Of a stretch of 64,000 nt of DNA, positions 1 to 9,087 are shown piece by piece. The stretch lies in the NCBI GenBank assembly GCA_046348225.1, contig JAXMEQ010000004.1, positions 234,081 through 298,080 on the forward strand, given 5' to 3'. A program made the position numbers and the translations under genes. How positions within the stretch are numbered: position 1 is the first letter of the stretch; the number at the start of each line of letters is the position of its first letter. The notes under the pieces were generated by a model. The model ran no database searches. It was not told the origin of the DNA and saw nothing but the letters and a program-made list of their open reading frames with translations. Origin of the DNA: Ramlibacter sp. (GTDB lineage Bacteria > Pseudomonadota > Gammaproteobacteria > Burkholderiales > Burkholderiaceae_C).

Positions 1-1
1 C

Positions 2-1666
2 CGCCTGACACTGCGCATGAGCAGCCAGATGCCCAGCGGCGTGAAAAACGCGCTGTGCAACGACATCCTGGGCCTGCCGCGCGACCAGGTGCGTGTGACG
101 GTGGGCGACGTGGGCGGTGGCTTCGGCATGAAGACCGGCATCTACCCCGAAGACGCCGCGGTGGCCTGGGCTGCACACCACCTGAAGCGCCCGGTGAAGT
201 GGATCGCCGACCGCAGCGAAGACTTCCTCACCTCCACCCATGGCCGCGACCTGCAGACGCAGGCCGAGCTGGCGCTGGCGGCCGACGGCAAGATCCTGGG
301 CCTGCGCCTGCGCTCGCTTGGCAACATCGGCGCCTACGCCATCCCCACCGGCGTGGCCATCACGCTGATGATTGGCCCGTGGGTGCAGACCAGCGTGTAC
401 GACATCCGGACCATCGACTTCCATTTCAAGGCGGTGCTGACCAATACCGCGCCCACCAGCGCCTACCGCGGCGCCGGCCGGCCCGAGGCGATCTTCATCA
501 TGGAGCGACTGATGGACGAGGCCGCGCGCCAGACCGGCATCGACCGCATCGCGCTGCGCCGCCGCAACTTCATCCGCCCGGAGCAGATGCCCTACAAGAA
601 CGCCATGGGCCAGACCTACGACACCGGCCAGTTCGAGAAGGTCATGGACCAGGGCCTGGCCCTGGCCGACTGGGCCGGCTTTGAGGCGCGGGCCGCGCAA
701 AGCAAGGCGCGCGGCCTGCTGCGCGGCTTGGGCATCGCCACTTTTCTGGAGTGGACCGGCGGCAACGTGTTTGAGGAGCGCGTCACCGTGGACGTGAAGG
801 CCGACGGCACCATCGAGGTGTTTTCCGCCGTCAATCAGATGGGTCAGGGCATTGCCACCACGCTGGCGCAGCTGGTGGTGGACGTGTTTGATGTGCCGAT
901 CGAGCGCGTGAAGGTGATCCTGGGCGACACCGACCGTGGCGACGGCTTTGGCAGTGCGGGCTCGCGCTCCCTCTTCACCGGCGGTTCAGCCATGCGCGTA
1001 GGTTCTGAGCGCACGATTGACCATGCAAAGCAGCTCGCCGCCAAGGAGCTGGAGGCCGCGGCCGAAGACATCGCCTACGCGGCCGGCCGCTTCACGGTCA
1101 AGGGCACGGATGTGGGCGTGGACCTGTTCGCGCTGGCCGCCAAACAGGCGGGCGGCGTGATCCACATGGACAGCACCAGCGCCGTCAGCGGGCCGACCTG
1201 GCCCAACGGTTGCCATGTGAGCGAGGTGGAGATCGACCCCGCCACCGGTGAGGTGCAGGTGGTGCGCTACAGCAGCGTCAACGATGTGGGTCGCGTGGTC
1301 AACCCGATGATCGTGCGCGGCCAGCTCGACGGCGGTGCGGTGCAGGGCATCGGCCAGGCGCTGCAGGAGCACATGGTGTATGACCGTGACACCGGCCAGC
1401 CCGTGACCGGCAGCCTGATGGACTACACCGCCCCGCGCGCCGACAACATGGCCTGCGACTTCGTCACCGAGATGGACGAATCCACGCCCTGCAAGAACAA
1501 CCCGCTGGGCGTGAAGGGTGTCGGCGAACTCGGCACCATCGGGGCCACGCCCAGCGTGGTGAACGCGGTGGCCGACGCGCTGGCGCGCGCTGGCAAGGCC
1601 GCTGTGGCGCCGACCATTCAGATGCCGTTGACGGCGGTGAAGGTGTGGGAGTTGCTGGGTTCCTAG
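2..1666 (+). CDS. xanthine dehydrogenase / CO dehydrogenase (CoxL-like) family molybdopterin-binding large subunit, C-terminal part (5' end lies outside window)
   Basis: Reading frame is open to the left window edge. Translation shows the aldehyde oxidase/xanthine dehydrogenase Mo-cofactor-binding region (AYRGAGRPE, GSAGSRS, GVKGVGELG). Confidence 0.85.
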   Translation, partial: RLTLRMSSQMPSGVKNALCNDILGLPRDQVRVTVGDVGGGFGMKTGIYPEDAAVAWAAHHLKRPVKWIADRSEDFLTSTHGRDLQTQAELALAADGKILGLRLRSLGNIGAYAIPTGVAITLMIGPWVQTSVYDIRTIDFHFKAVLTNTAPTSAYRGAGRPEAIFIMERLMDEAARQTGIDRIALRRRNFIRPEQMPYKNAMGQTYDTGQFEKVMDQGLALADWAGFEARAAQSKARGLLRGLGIATFLEWTGGNVFEERVTVDVKADGTIEVFSAVNQMGQGIATTLAQLVVDVFDVPIERVKVILGDTDRGDGFGSAGSRSLFTGGSAMRVGSERTIDHAKQLAAKELEAAAEDIAYAAGRFTVKGTDVGVDLFALAAKQAGGVIHMDSTSAVSGPTWPNGCHVSEVEIDPATGEVQVVRYSSVNDVGRVVNPMIVRGQLDGGAVQGIGQALQEHMVYDRDTGQPVTGSLMDYTAPRADNMACDFVTEMDESTPCKNNPLGVKGVGELGTIGATPSVVNAVADALARAGKAAVAPTIQMPLTAVKVWELLGS

Positions 1667-1694
1667 GCCACCCAGGCCTTTGCGCGGCAGTCAC

Positions 1695-3614
1695 TCAAGC
1701 CGACTGGCGCAACGCCCGCTCGATCCGGTTGCGGGCCACGGTGGTCTTGGGCACCTTGAACGGAAACCAGCTGCGCACGTCTTCTTCCAGCCCGATGCCG
1801 TGCATGTAGTTGTAGATGGCTTTCTTGAGCGCGCCGCCCAGCGCGTCGTGGTCCACGCCGGTGGGGTCGTGGAACGCAATGTCGTTTTTGGCAAACGCAC
1901 CCGGCGGCAGCGGCTGCAGCGTCACGCCGTAGTCTTGTGGGTTCAGGCCCACGGGTGAATGCACGGTGCAGGCGAAGCGGTGGAAAAAGCCGCTCTGGAT
2001 GCAGCCGTTCTCAAACAGCTGGCGCACATATTCCAGCGCGTCCACCGTGTCGTGCACCGTCTGGGTGGGAAAGCCGTACATCAGGTAGGCGTGCACCAGG
2101 ATGCCCGCGTCGCTGAAGGCGCGGGTCACGCGCGCCACCTGGTCCACGCTCACGCCTTTTTTCATCAGCGTCAGCAGCCGGTCGGACGCCACCTCCAGCC
2201 CGCCCGAGATGGCAATGCAGCCGCTGTCGGCCAGCAGCTGGCACAGCTCGGGGCTGAAGGTCTTCTCAAAACGGATGTTGCCCCACCACGAGATGCCAGT
2301 GCCGCGCGCGACCAACTCGGTGGCCAGCGCCTTCAGGGCCTTGGGCGGCGCGGCTTCGTCCACAAAATGGAAGCCGGTCTGCCCCGTCTCGCGCACGATG
2401 GCGTCAATGCGGTCGGCCAGCACGGTGGCACTGGCACCTTCGTAGCGCGAGATGTAGTCCAGGCTCACGTCGCAGAAGCTGCATTTCTTCCAGTAGCAGC
2501 CGTGGGCCACGGTGAGCTTGTTCCAGCGCCCGTCGCTCCACAGCCGGTGCATGGGGTTGAGCATGTCCAACAGCGACAGGTACTTGTCCAGCGGCAGGCC
2601 GTCCCAGGTGGGTGTGCCGACTTCGGCAAACGCCACGTCGGGCTCGGCCATATTGATGTAGCGTACTGCGCCTTCTTCTCGCACAAAGGTGCGCACCAGC
2701 CGCTGGCGCCCGCGCCGGCCCTGCAGGTGTTCCAGCAGCGCCAGCAGCGGGCGCTCGCCGGCGTCCAGGGTCACGTAGTCAACGTGGTCGAACACGCGCG
2801 GCTCGGCCAGCTCGCGCAGCTCGGTGTTGACAAAGCCGCCGCCCAGCACGGTGACGATCTGCGGGTGCTGCGTCTTGATGGTCTGCGCGATGCGAAACGC
2901 CGCATACACCGCGCCCGGGAACGGCACCGAAAGCAGCACCACCGTGGGCGCATGGTGCGCGACGGCTTCCAGCGTCAGCGCCTGCAGCGTGTCGTCCACC
3001 AGGTTGGGGGGTGCGGCCAGCGCATCGGCCAGCGGGTCAAACGTGGGCTGGCTGCCGGCCAGTGATTCGGCATACCGCACAAACTCGAAGCGCGGGTCCA
3101 CCGCGTCGCGCAGCACGTCGGCCAGGTCGTTCAGGTACAGCGTGGCCAGGTGCCGCGCGCGGTCCTGCAGGCCCAGCGAGCCGAAGGCCCAGCCCAGCGG
3201 GTCGCCGCTGCCGTCGTCCACATACACGTCCAGCGATTCAAAGCGCGGGCCTTCGGGCAGGTAGTGGCGGCCCACAATGCGGTGCGCCAGCGTCGCGTCG
3301 CGCCCTTGCAGGAAAGCGATGACGGGGCCGATGGTGGCCAGGTAACGCGCCTGTTGCGCGGCAAAGGCCTGCACCGCCGGGCTGTGCTTCTTGCGGGGCA
3401 GCGCCTCCACGCAGGCGGCCACGGCGCGCAGGCCGTCGGGCGACAGCAGCCGCAGCACCAGTGCCAGCGCCAGGTCTTCCTGCACCGCATCCACGCCGCG
3501 CGAGCGCAGGAAGCCGGTGAGGTAGGCGGTGGACGGGTAGGGCGTGTTCAGTTGCGTCATCGGCGGGATGACGGACAGCACGCGCAGCGGTGGGGCGGGG
3601 TGGTCGGCAGGCAA
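1695..3614 (-). CDS. B12-binding-domain radical SAM protein (function unknown)
   Basis: 639-aa ORF with an N-terminal Rossmann-like B12-binding region (LRVLSVIPP...AYLTGFLRSRG). The Cys cluster is GCYWKKCSFCD, followed by a radical-SAM-type barrel. The cluster spacing is CX4CX2C rather than CX3CX2C. Confidence 0.8.
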   Translation of the reverse strand: MPADHPAPPLRVLSVIPPMTQLNTPYPSTAYLTGFLRSRGVDAVQEDLALALVLRLLSPDGLRAVAACVEALPRKKHSPAVQAFAAQQARYLATIGPVIAFLQGRDATLAHRIVGRHYLPEGPRFESLDVYVDDGSGDPLGWAFGSLGLQDRARHLATLYLNDLADVLRDAVDPRFEFVRYAESLAGSQPTFDPLADALAAPPNLVDDTLQALTLEAVAHHAPTVVLLSVPFPGAVYAAFRIAQTIKTQHPQIVTVLGGGFVNTELRELAEPRVFDHVDYVTLDAGERPLLALLEHLQGRRGRQRLVRTFVREEGAVRYINMAEPDVAFAEVGTPTWDGLPLDKYLSLLDMLNPMHRLWSDGRWNKLTVAHGCYWKKCSFCDVSLDYISRYEGASATVLADRIDAIVRETGQTGFHFVDEAAPPKALKALATELVARGTGISWWGNIRFEKTFSPELCQLLADSGCIAISGGLEVASDRLLTLMKKGVSVDQVARVTRAFSDAGILVHAYLMYGFPTQTVHDTVDALEYVRQLFENGCIQSGFFHRFACTVHSPVGLNPQDYGVTLQPLPPGAFAKNDIAFHDPTGVDHDALGGALKKAIYNYMHGIGLEEDVRSWFPFKVPKTTVARNRIERALRQSA

Positions 3615-3676
3615 GCGCCGATTATCCGTGGCAGCCGCAACGGGGTATCCTGCACCTCACAACCCCTGGAGCGCGC

Positions 3677-4525
3677 ATGGCCACCGGCAAACAAGACGAC
3701 AGCAGCCCGTCCCTCACCGCCTGGCAACCGCCGACCGGTGGTGCTGGCAAGCCCTTTTCGCTGGACAAGTGCCCGCCGGATGCCAAGCCGTTTTCGCGCG
3801 GCAACAAGGCGCGCGACAAGCTGGCGGTGGACGCCCTGGCGCTGGAGCTCGACAGCCTGCAGGACCTGTTCTATGCCGACCGGCGCTTCAAGCTGCTGGT
3901 GGTGCTGCAGGGCACCGACACCTCGGGCAAGGACGGCACCATTCGCGGCGTGTTCGGCCGCACCAGCGCACTGGGCGTGCATGTGGTGGGCTGGAAGGCG
4001 CCGACCGAAACCGAGCGGGCGCATGACTACCTGTGGCGCATCCACCAGCAGGTGCCGGGGGCGGGCGAGATCGTCGTCTTCAACCGCAGCCACTACGAAG
4101 ACGTGCTGGTCCCCGTGGTCAATGGCTGGATCACGCCGGCGCAGAAGAAGCAGCGCCTGGCCCACATCAACGACTTCGAGCGGATGCTGAGCGAGACCGG
4201 CACGCTGGTGATGAAGTTCATGCTGCACATCAGCTTTGAAGAGCAGCGCCAGCGCCTGCAGGAGCGCGTGGACGACCCGACCAAGCACTGGAAGTTCAGC
4301 CTTGGCGATCTGGAAGTGCGCAAGCAGTGGGCGCAGTACCAAGCGGCGTACGAAACGCTGCTGGGCGCCACCAGCACGCCCTGGGCCCCCTGGACGGTGG
4401 TGCCGGCCGACTCCAAGACCCACCGCAACCTGATGATCGCCACGCTGGTGCGCGACAGGCTGCAGTCACTGGGCCTGCGCTACCCGCCCGAAGACCTGGC
4501 GCTCAAGGGCCTGAAGGTGGTCTAG
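3677..4525 (+). CDS. ppk2: polyphosphate kinase 2 family protein (polyphosphate:nucleotide phosphotransferase)
   Basis: PPK2 signatures LQGTDTSGKDGTIRGVF (Walker-A-like) and FNRSHYEDVL. Start moved to ATG 3677 (MATGKQ...) because the upstream ORF part overlaps the divergent rSAM gene. Confidence 0.85.
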   Translation: MATGKQDDSSPSLTAWQPPTGGAGKPFSLDKCPPDAKPFSRGNKARDKLAVDALALELDSLQDLFYADRRFKLLVVLQGTDTSGKDGTIRGVFGRTSALGVHVVGWKAPTETERAHDYLWRIHQQVPGAGEIVVFNRSHYEDVLVPVVNGWITPAQKKQRLAHINDFERMLSETGTLVMKFMLHISFEEQRQRLQERVDDPTKHWKFSLGDLEVRKQWAQYQAAYETLLGATSTPWAPWTVVPADSKTHRNLMIATLVRDRLQSLGLRYPPEDLALKGLKVV

Positions 4526-4833
4526 CGCGCGGGGGGCGCCATGCCCGCGCCGGGCATGCGCTGCATCATCGACTGCATCATGCCCTGCATGGCGTCCATG
4601 CGGTCTTCCAGTGCTTTCTGGCGCCGCGCAAGGTCGGCCATGTCCTTCATCATCGGCATGCCTTCGTGCATCGGCTTCCGGGCGTCGGCGGCCGCGGGCG
4701 CGGCAGGCGCAGCGGCTTCGGCCTTGTGCGCGGCATGGGGGTCGGTCTGGGCTTGCAGCGACGCGCAGCCCGCCAGGGCGGTGAGCAGCAGCGCGGTGGA
4801 CAGCAGGGCGGGCCCGCGGATCAATGAAGTCAT
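4522..4833 (-). CDS. small Met/His-rich lipoprotein, unknown function
   Basis: 103-aa ORF with a signal peptide plus lipobox (LLLTALAGC). Mature part is rich in MxxM-type motifs (MHEGMPMMKDM, MQGMMQSMMQRM). No family recognised. Confidence 0.55.
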   Translation of the reverse strand: MTSLIRGPALLSTALLLTALAGCASLQAQTDPHAAHKAEAAAPAAPAAADARKPMHEGMPMMKDMADLARRQKALEDRMDAMQGMMQSMMQRMPGAGMAPPAR

Positions 4834-5002
4834 GTGGACCTCCTGGGGTGGTACAGGGATTCAGCTTAGGCGCGGGCGGGCGGCTGGACTTGCGCCACGT
4901 CAAGCAGGGGCGGATTCATCGCGCGGCCTTTTTCGGCGTTCTTGACGCGGCGCAAGCCCGTCCCGTGCGGCCGCGCCTACGCTGGCGGGGAAAGGACGCA
5001 GC

Positions 5003-5983
5003 ATGGACACCAGTGACCTTGACTACCCCGCCAACCCCGGCACACCGGGCGTGCTGACGCCGGGCGGCACCGACTATGGCGTGATCACGCCGGTGGGCGA
5101 CGCAGACTGGTTCCGGATCAGCCTGGCGGCCGGCCAGCAATACCGCTTCACCATCGAGGCGGGCACCATCAACGGCCTGTTTGACGCGCAGCTGGGCCTG
5201 TACACCGCGGCCGGTACGCTGGTGTTCCAGGCCACCACGGGCCAGGGCTTCCAGAGCAAGTACATCGACTACCTGTCACCCGACAGCGCAGACTACTTTC
5301 TGGCGGCGAGCGGCGGCTCGCTCACTGGCAGCTACAGCCTGCGCGCCACCGCGCCTGCGCCGGTGCCCGGCAGCATCGTGGGCACGGCCGGCAATGATTT
5401 TCTGGGTGGTACGGCCGGCAACGATGTGTTCATCGGCGGCGCTGGCATCGACACCGTGCGGTACTGGGGTGCACGCAGCGCGTTCAACCTGTCGCGTGAC
5501 AGCACCGGCAGCTGGACCGTGCGCGACACGGGGGGCACCGAAGGGGTCGACACCCTGACAGGGGTGGAACGGCTGCAGTTTGCCAATACCAGGGTGGCGC
5601 TGGACCTGTCGGCCACTGCCAGCGCGGGCAAGACGGCCGAGATCATCGGCGCGGCGTTTGGCCGCGCGACGCTGGCCAACAAGCAGTACGTGGGCATCGG
5701 GCTGAACTTTTTCGACGCCGGCGCCACCATGCAGCAGCTCGCGCAGATGTGCCTGTCCACTGGCGCAGTCAGCGCGCCCGACAGCACCTCGTTTGTGCGC
5801 GCGGTCTGGCAGAACGTGATGGGTGCGCCGATCGATGTCGCCAACCTGACCACCTATGTGGGGCTGCTGGAGAACAACACCTTCACCCAGGCGGGCCTGC
5901 TGGCACTGGCCGCGGAAACGCCAGCCAACCAGGCCCAGGTCAACCTCACCGGGCTGGCCGCCAGCGGCATCGAGTACGTGTAA
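5003..5983 (+). CDS. secreted Ca-binding repeat protein (PPC-like N-domain, RTX-type GGxGxD repeats, DUF4214-like C-terminus)
   Basis: GDADWFRISLAAGQQYRF (pre-peptidase C-terminal-like). GTAGNDFLGGTAGNDVFIGGAGIDTV (hemolysin-type nonapeptides). C-terminal SFVRAVWQNVMG...LL region resembles DUF4214. AGGA-type RBS before the ATG. Confidence 0.7.
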   Translation: MDTSDLDYPANPGTPGVLTPGGTDYGVITPVGDADWFRISLAAGQQYRFTIEAGTINGLFDAQLGLYTAAGTLVFQATTGQGFQSKYIDYLSPDSADYFLAASGGSLTGSYSLRATAPAPVPGSIVGTAGNDFLGGTAGNDVFIGGAGIDTVRYWGARSAFNLSRDSTGSWTVRDTGGTEGVDTLTGVERLQFANTRVALDLSATASAGKTAEIIGAAFGRATLANKQYVGIGLNFFDAGATMQQLAQMCLSTGAVSAPDSTSFVRAVWQNVMGAPIDVANLTTYVGLLENNTFTQAGLLALAAETPANQAQVNLTGLAASGIEYV

Positions 5984-5985
5984 GC

Positions 5986-6032
5986 GCTATCAGTTTTGTA
6001 GCGCCTTGCGCACTATCGGCGCGGGCTACAGC
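5986..6032 (-). repeat. REP-like element, copy A (truncated, reverse orientation)
   Basis: GCTATCAGTTTTGTAGCGCCTTGCGCACTATCGGCGCGGGCTACAGC aligns to the reverse complement of copies B-E. It fills the 42-bp gap between two convergent genes and supplies the stop codon of the cyclase gene. Confidence 0.8.
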
Positions 6033-7213
6033 GCAAAAGCCTGGGCCAGCAGCGGTGCGCGCTTGCCCTTGGCCTGGACTTCGCGCGGCAGGCCGGCGGG
6101 CAGGCCTGCGGCCGCGCACGCGGCCTGGGAGACCAGCAGTTCACCGCTGGCGGCGGCATCGCACAGGCGTTTGGCGGTGTTCACCGTGTCGCCAATGAAG
6201 TCGTAGGCACGGGTGCCTTCGCCACCGACCAGCCCCTCGACCACCGGGCCCTGGTGCACACCGGCGCCCGCGCCGAGGCCGTTGGCGGCCAGCAGCGGTT
6301 GAGTGGCCTGCAGCAGTTGCCTTGCGGCCTGCACGGCCACCGCGGTGTCGGCAAAAACCGCCATGACTTCGTCGGCCGTGTACTTGAGCTTGATCGGCGG
6401 GAGGTCGGCCAGCGCGCCTTCCGCTGCGCGGTAGCAGCGGTTCAGCAACCCGACCACCGCTTCCGGGGGCTGCTGCTCGCTCCAGGCGGTGAAACCGCGG
6501 ATGTCCATGAACACCACCGCCCGCACCACGCGCTGCAGCGCCAGCGTGCGCTCGTCGGCAATGGCGCGGTCCAGGATGCCGCGGCCGAGTGACCATTCCG
6601 AGTACTGGCGCAGCCGCGCCGTCAACGCCTGTACCGTGGCCATGGAGCGGCGCAGGTTGACGTCGGCAAAGCCCAGCAGCACGCCCAGCAGCAACAGCAC
6701 CACCGCCAGGAAGTCATGGGCGCGGTCGGCAAAGAACGCGCTGGCCGACAGCGGTGTGCCCTTGATGCGGGCCTCGAACAGCGCGTACATCACCAGCGGG
6801 ATGGCCGAGCGCAGCACGCTCTCGGCCAGCACCAGCGCGGCCGCCGGGTGGCGCTGCTGGGCCCACTGCAGCACGCCAAAGCCCAGCGCAAAGGCCCAGT
6901 AGGCCTGGTGGTGCCACTGCAGGAAGAAGGCCGGGCCTTCGATGGCCGTTTCCACCAGTGTGTAGAGCAGCGGACCGGCCAGGTTGGCCAGCATGACCCG
7001 CGGCCTTCCAGTGCTGTCCAGCCACGCCGTCAGCCCCGCCTGGCCCAGGCCGGCAGCCAGCAGCAGGTACGGGTCGGCGTGCATAAAGTACCCGGGCTGC
7101 GCCAGCAATGCCTCCAGGATCAGCACCACCAGCGGCACATGGCCGCTGTGGGTGAAGAAGTTGCGCGCCACGCGCGCGCCCAGCGGGGCGGCGGGCAGGC
7201 TCACGGTGCTCAT
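6026..7213 (-). CDS. membrane-anchored class III adenylate/guanylate cyclase
   Basis: N-terminal multi-TM region then a CYCc domain (VVFMDIRGFTAWSE, GDTVNTAKRL). Start set at ATG 7213 (MSTVSLP...) because the longer ORF overlaps the upstream gene. Confidence 0.8.
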   Translation of the reverse strand: MSTVSLPAAPLGARVARNFFTHSGHVPLVVLILEALLAQPGYFMHADPYLLLAAGLGQAGLTAWLDSTGRPRVMLANLAGPLLYTLVETAIEGPAFFLQWHHQAYWAFALGFGVLQWAQQRHPAAALVLAESVLRSAIPLVMYALFEARIKGTPLSASAFFADRAHDFLAVVLLLLGVLLGFADVNLRRSMATVQALTARLRQYSEWSLGRGILDRAIADERTLALQRVVRAVVFMDIRGFTAWSEQQPPEAVVGLLNRCYRAAEGALADLPPIKLKYTADEVMAVFADTAVAVQAARQLLQATQPLLAANGLGAGAGVHQGPVVEGLVGGEGTRAYDFIGDTVNTAKRLCDAAASGELLVSQAACAAAGLPAGLPREVQAKGKRAPLLAQAFAL

Positions 7214-7232
7214 GGCCGCAGTATCACCCGGC

Positions 7233-8489
7233 TCAGCGTACCGCCCGGTACACCAGCCCGGCCGCCACGCCGCCAAAGAGGTCGCCCTCCACCAGCGGCG
7301 TGCCGGCAAACGCCGCCTGCAGCGCATGCCGCAAGGGCGTGAGCGCCGACGAGCCGCCCGTGAGGTAGACCGCGTCGATGCCGCGCGCGACCAGGCCTGC
7401 CTGCCGCACGCAGGCGTGTGCACACTGCACCACACGCGCCAGCAACGGCTGCAGCTGCTGCGCCATGTCGCCCGCCGTCAGCGTGGCGCCCAGGCCGGGG
7501 TCGACGTATGACAGGTCCAGCCGGGCCATGCCACCGCTCTGGCTGCTGGCAATCTTGGCCTGCTCCACGTCGTTGGCCAGGTGGTGGCCCAGCCGCTGGT
7601 CCAGCACGGTCATCAGGCGGCGGTGCAGGGCCGGGTCGGTGTAGTTCACGCGCAGCGCCTGGGCCTCGCGCAGTGCGCGCGGAACATAGCGCCAGTGGAT
7701 CAGGTGCCAGGTGGCGAGGTCGAAGAACACCGCGCTGGGCACCTCGCGCTGCTGGGGCCCGATGTGGCGAAAGCCCAGCAGCGGCATCACCTGCTCGAGG
7801 CTGAGCCGCTGGTCAAAGTCGGTGCCACCCACGTGCACGCCATCGGTAGCCAGGATGTCGGCGCTGCGGTCGTGCGCGTGGCGCGCGCGCGTCGGGCCGA
7901 GCCGCACCACCGTGAAGTCCGACGTGCCGCCCCCGATGTCGGCCACCAGCACCACGCTGTCGCGCGCAATGCGCTGCTCGTAGTCAAACGCGGCGGCAAT
8001 TGGCTCCAGCTCAAAGCCCACGTGACGCAGGCCGGCGGATTCAGCCGCCTGCAGCAGCATCTGCTGTGCCAGCGCGTCGCGCGCCGGGTCGTCGTCCACA
8101 AAATGCACCGGGCGGCCCAGCACCACCCGGTCGGGCGCAGCGCCAGTTTGGGCCTGCGCCCGCGCCACGATTTCCTTCAGGAAGGTCGCGATGATGTCCT
8201 GGAAGCTCATGGCCTGGCCATTGACCTCCGTCTTCTCCAGCAGCAGCGCGCTGCCCAGCAGGCTCTTGAGCGAGCGCATCAGCCGGCCGTCGGCGCCACT
8301 GAGGTACTGCGCGACCGCATCGCGGCCAAAGTGGGCACGCCGGTCCTCGGCATTGAAGAAGATGGCGGTGGGCAGGGCCAAGTGGTCACCTTCCAGCCGC
8401 AGCGGCTGCGCCGGGCCGTCGCCCACGCGCCAGGCCGCCGCCGAGTTGGACGTGCCGAAATCAATCCCCAGCGTTCGGACAAGGGTCAA
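7233..8489 (-). CDS. Hsp70-family protein (YegD-like putative chaperone)
   Basis: Actin-fold ATPase motifs GIDFGTSNSAAA and DIGGGTSDFT. About 418 aa, with no DnaK substrate-binding lid. Confidence 0.85.
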   Translation of the reverse strand: MTLVRTLGIDFGTSNSAAAWRVGDGPAQPLRLEGDHLALPTAIFFNAEDRRAHFGRDAVAQYLSGADGRLMRSLKSLLGSALLLEKTEVNGQAMSFQDIIATFLKEIVARAQAQTGAAPDRVVLGRPVHFVDDDPARDALAQQMLLQAAESAGLRHVGFELEPIAAAFDYEQRIARDSVVLVADIGGGTSDFTVVRLGPTRARHAHDRSADILATDGVHVGGTDFDQRLSLEQVMPLLGFRHIGPQQREVPSAVFFDLATWHLIHWRYVPRALREAQALRVNYTDPALHRRLMTVLDQRLGHHLANDVEQAKIASSQSGGMARLDLSYVDPGLGATLTAGDMAQQLQPLLARVVQCAHACVRQAGLVARGIDAVYLTGGSSALTPLRHALQAAFAGTPLVEGDLFGGVAAGLVYRAVR

Positions 8490-8508
8490 AAGTGGCTCCA
8501 GCCCGCAT

Positions 8509-9087
8509 TCAGGCTGCGTGAGGCGCTATTAAAAATGTAGCAGCCGCCTGCTGCGCTGCGGCATCGCCCAGCACCGCATCGGGCGGCCCGCCCTTGCCCC
8601 AAAGTGCCCCGCCCCAGGTGGCGCCGAAAAAACGCGCGCACAACTCGGCCGAGTCGATCATGGGCTGGGCCTTGGCGCGGTCGCCGCTGGTGGTGACGAG
8701 CTGGAAGGTGCGCATGGCCATCTCGTCCTTGAATGGCACGCCAGGAATGCGGATCCAGGCGCTCCAGTGGTCCATCAGCGTCTTCAGCGCGGTGGGAAAG
8801 CTGTACCAGTACACCGGCGCCACCAGCACGATGTGGCTGGCCGAGCGCATCGCGTCCAGCACCGTGCGCAGGTCGCCTTCGGGCAGGGGGTAGGTGCCGG
8901 TCGTGTGGCGCCGGTCCACAAAGGGCGGCAAGTTCATGTGGGCCAGCGGCAGCCAGGTTTGTGGGGTGCCGGCGGGCAACGCTTCGGCGGCCCGGCGGGC
9001 CAGCCATTCGGTGTTGCCCAGGTGGCCCGGTTCACGGGCGGAGGCGACGAGGAAGAGGTAGTGGGGTGCGGTCGGCGCGGTCGTCAT
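8509..9087 (-). CDS. flavodoxin-like fold NAD(P)H-dependent oxidoreductase
   Basis: 192 aa. The YLFLVASAREPGHLGNTE...IVLVAPVYWYSFP pattern is typical of FMN-reductase/flavodoxin-like proteins. Its start overlaps the dadA stop (TCAT). Confidence 0.65.
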   Translation of the reverse strand: MTTAPTAPHYLFLVASAREPGHLGNTEWLARRAAEALPAGTPQTWLPLAHMNLPPFVDRRHTTGTYPLPEGDLRTVLDAMRSASHIVLVAPVYWYSFPTALKTLMDHWSAWIRIPGVPFKDEMAMRTFQLVTTSGDRAKAQPMIDSAELCARFFGATWGGALWGKGGPPDAVLGDAAAQQAAATFLIAPHAA

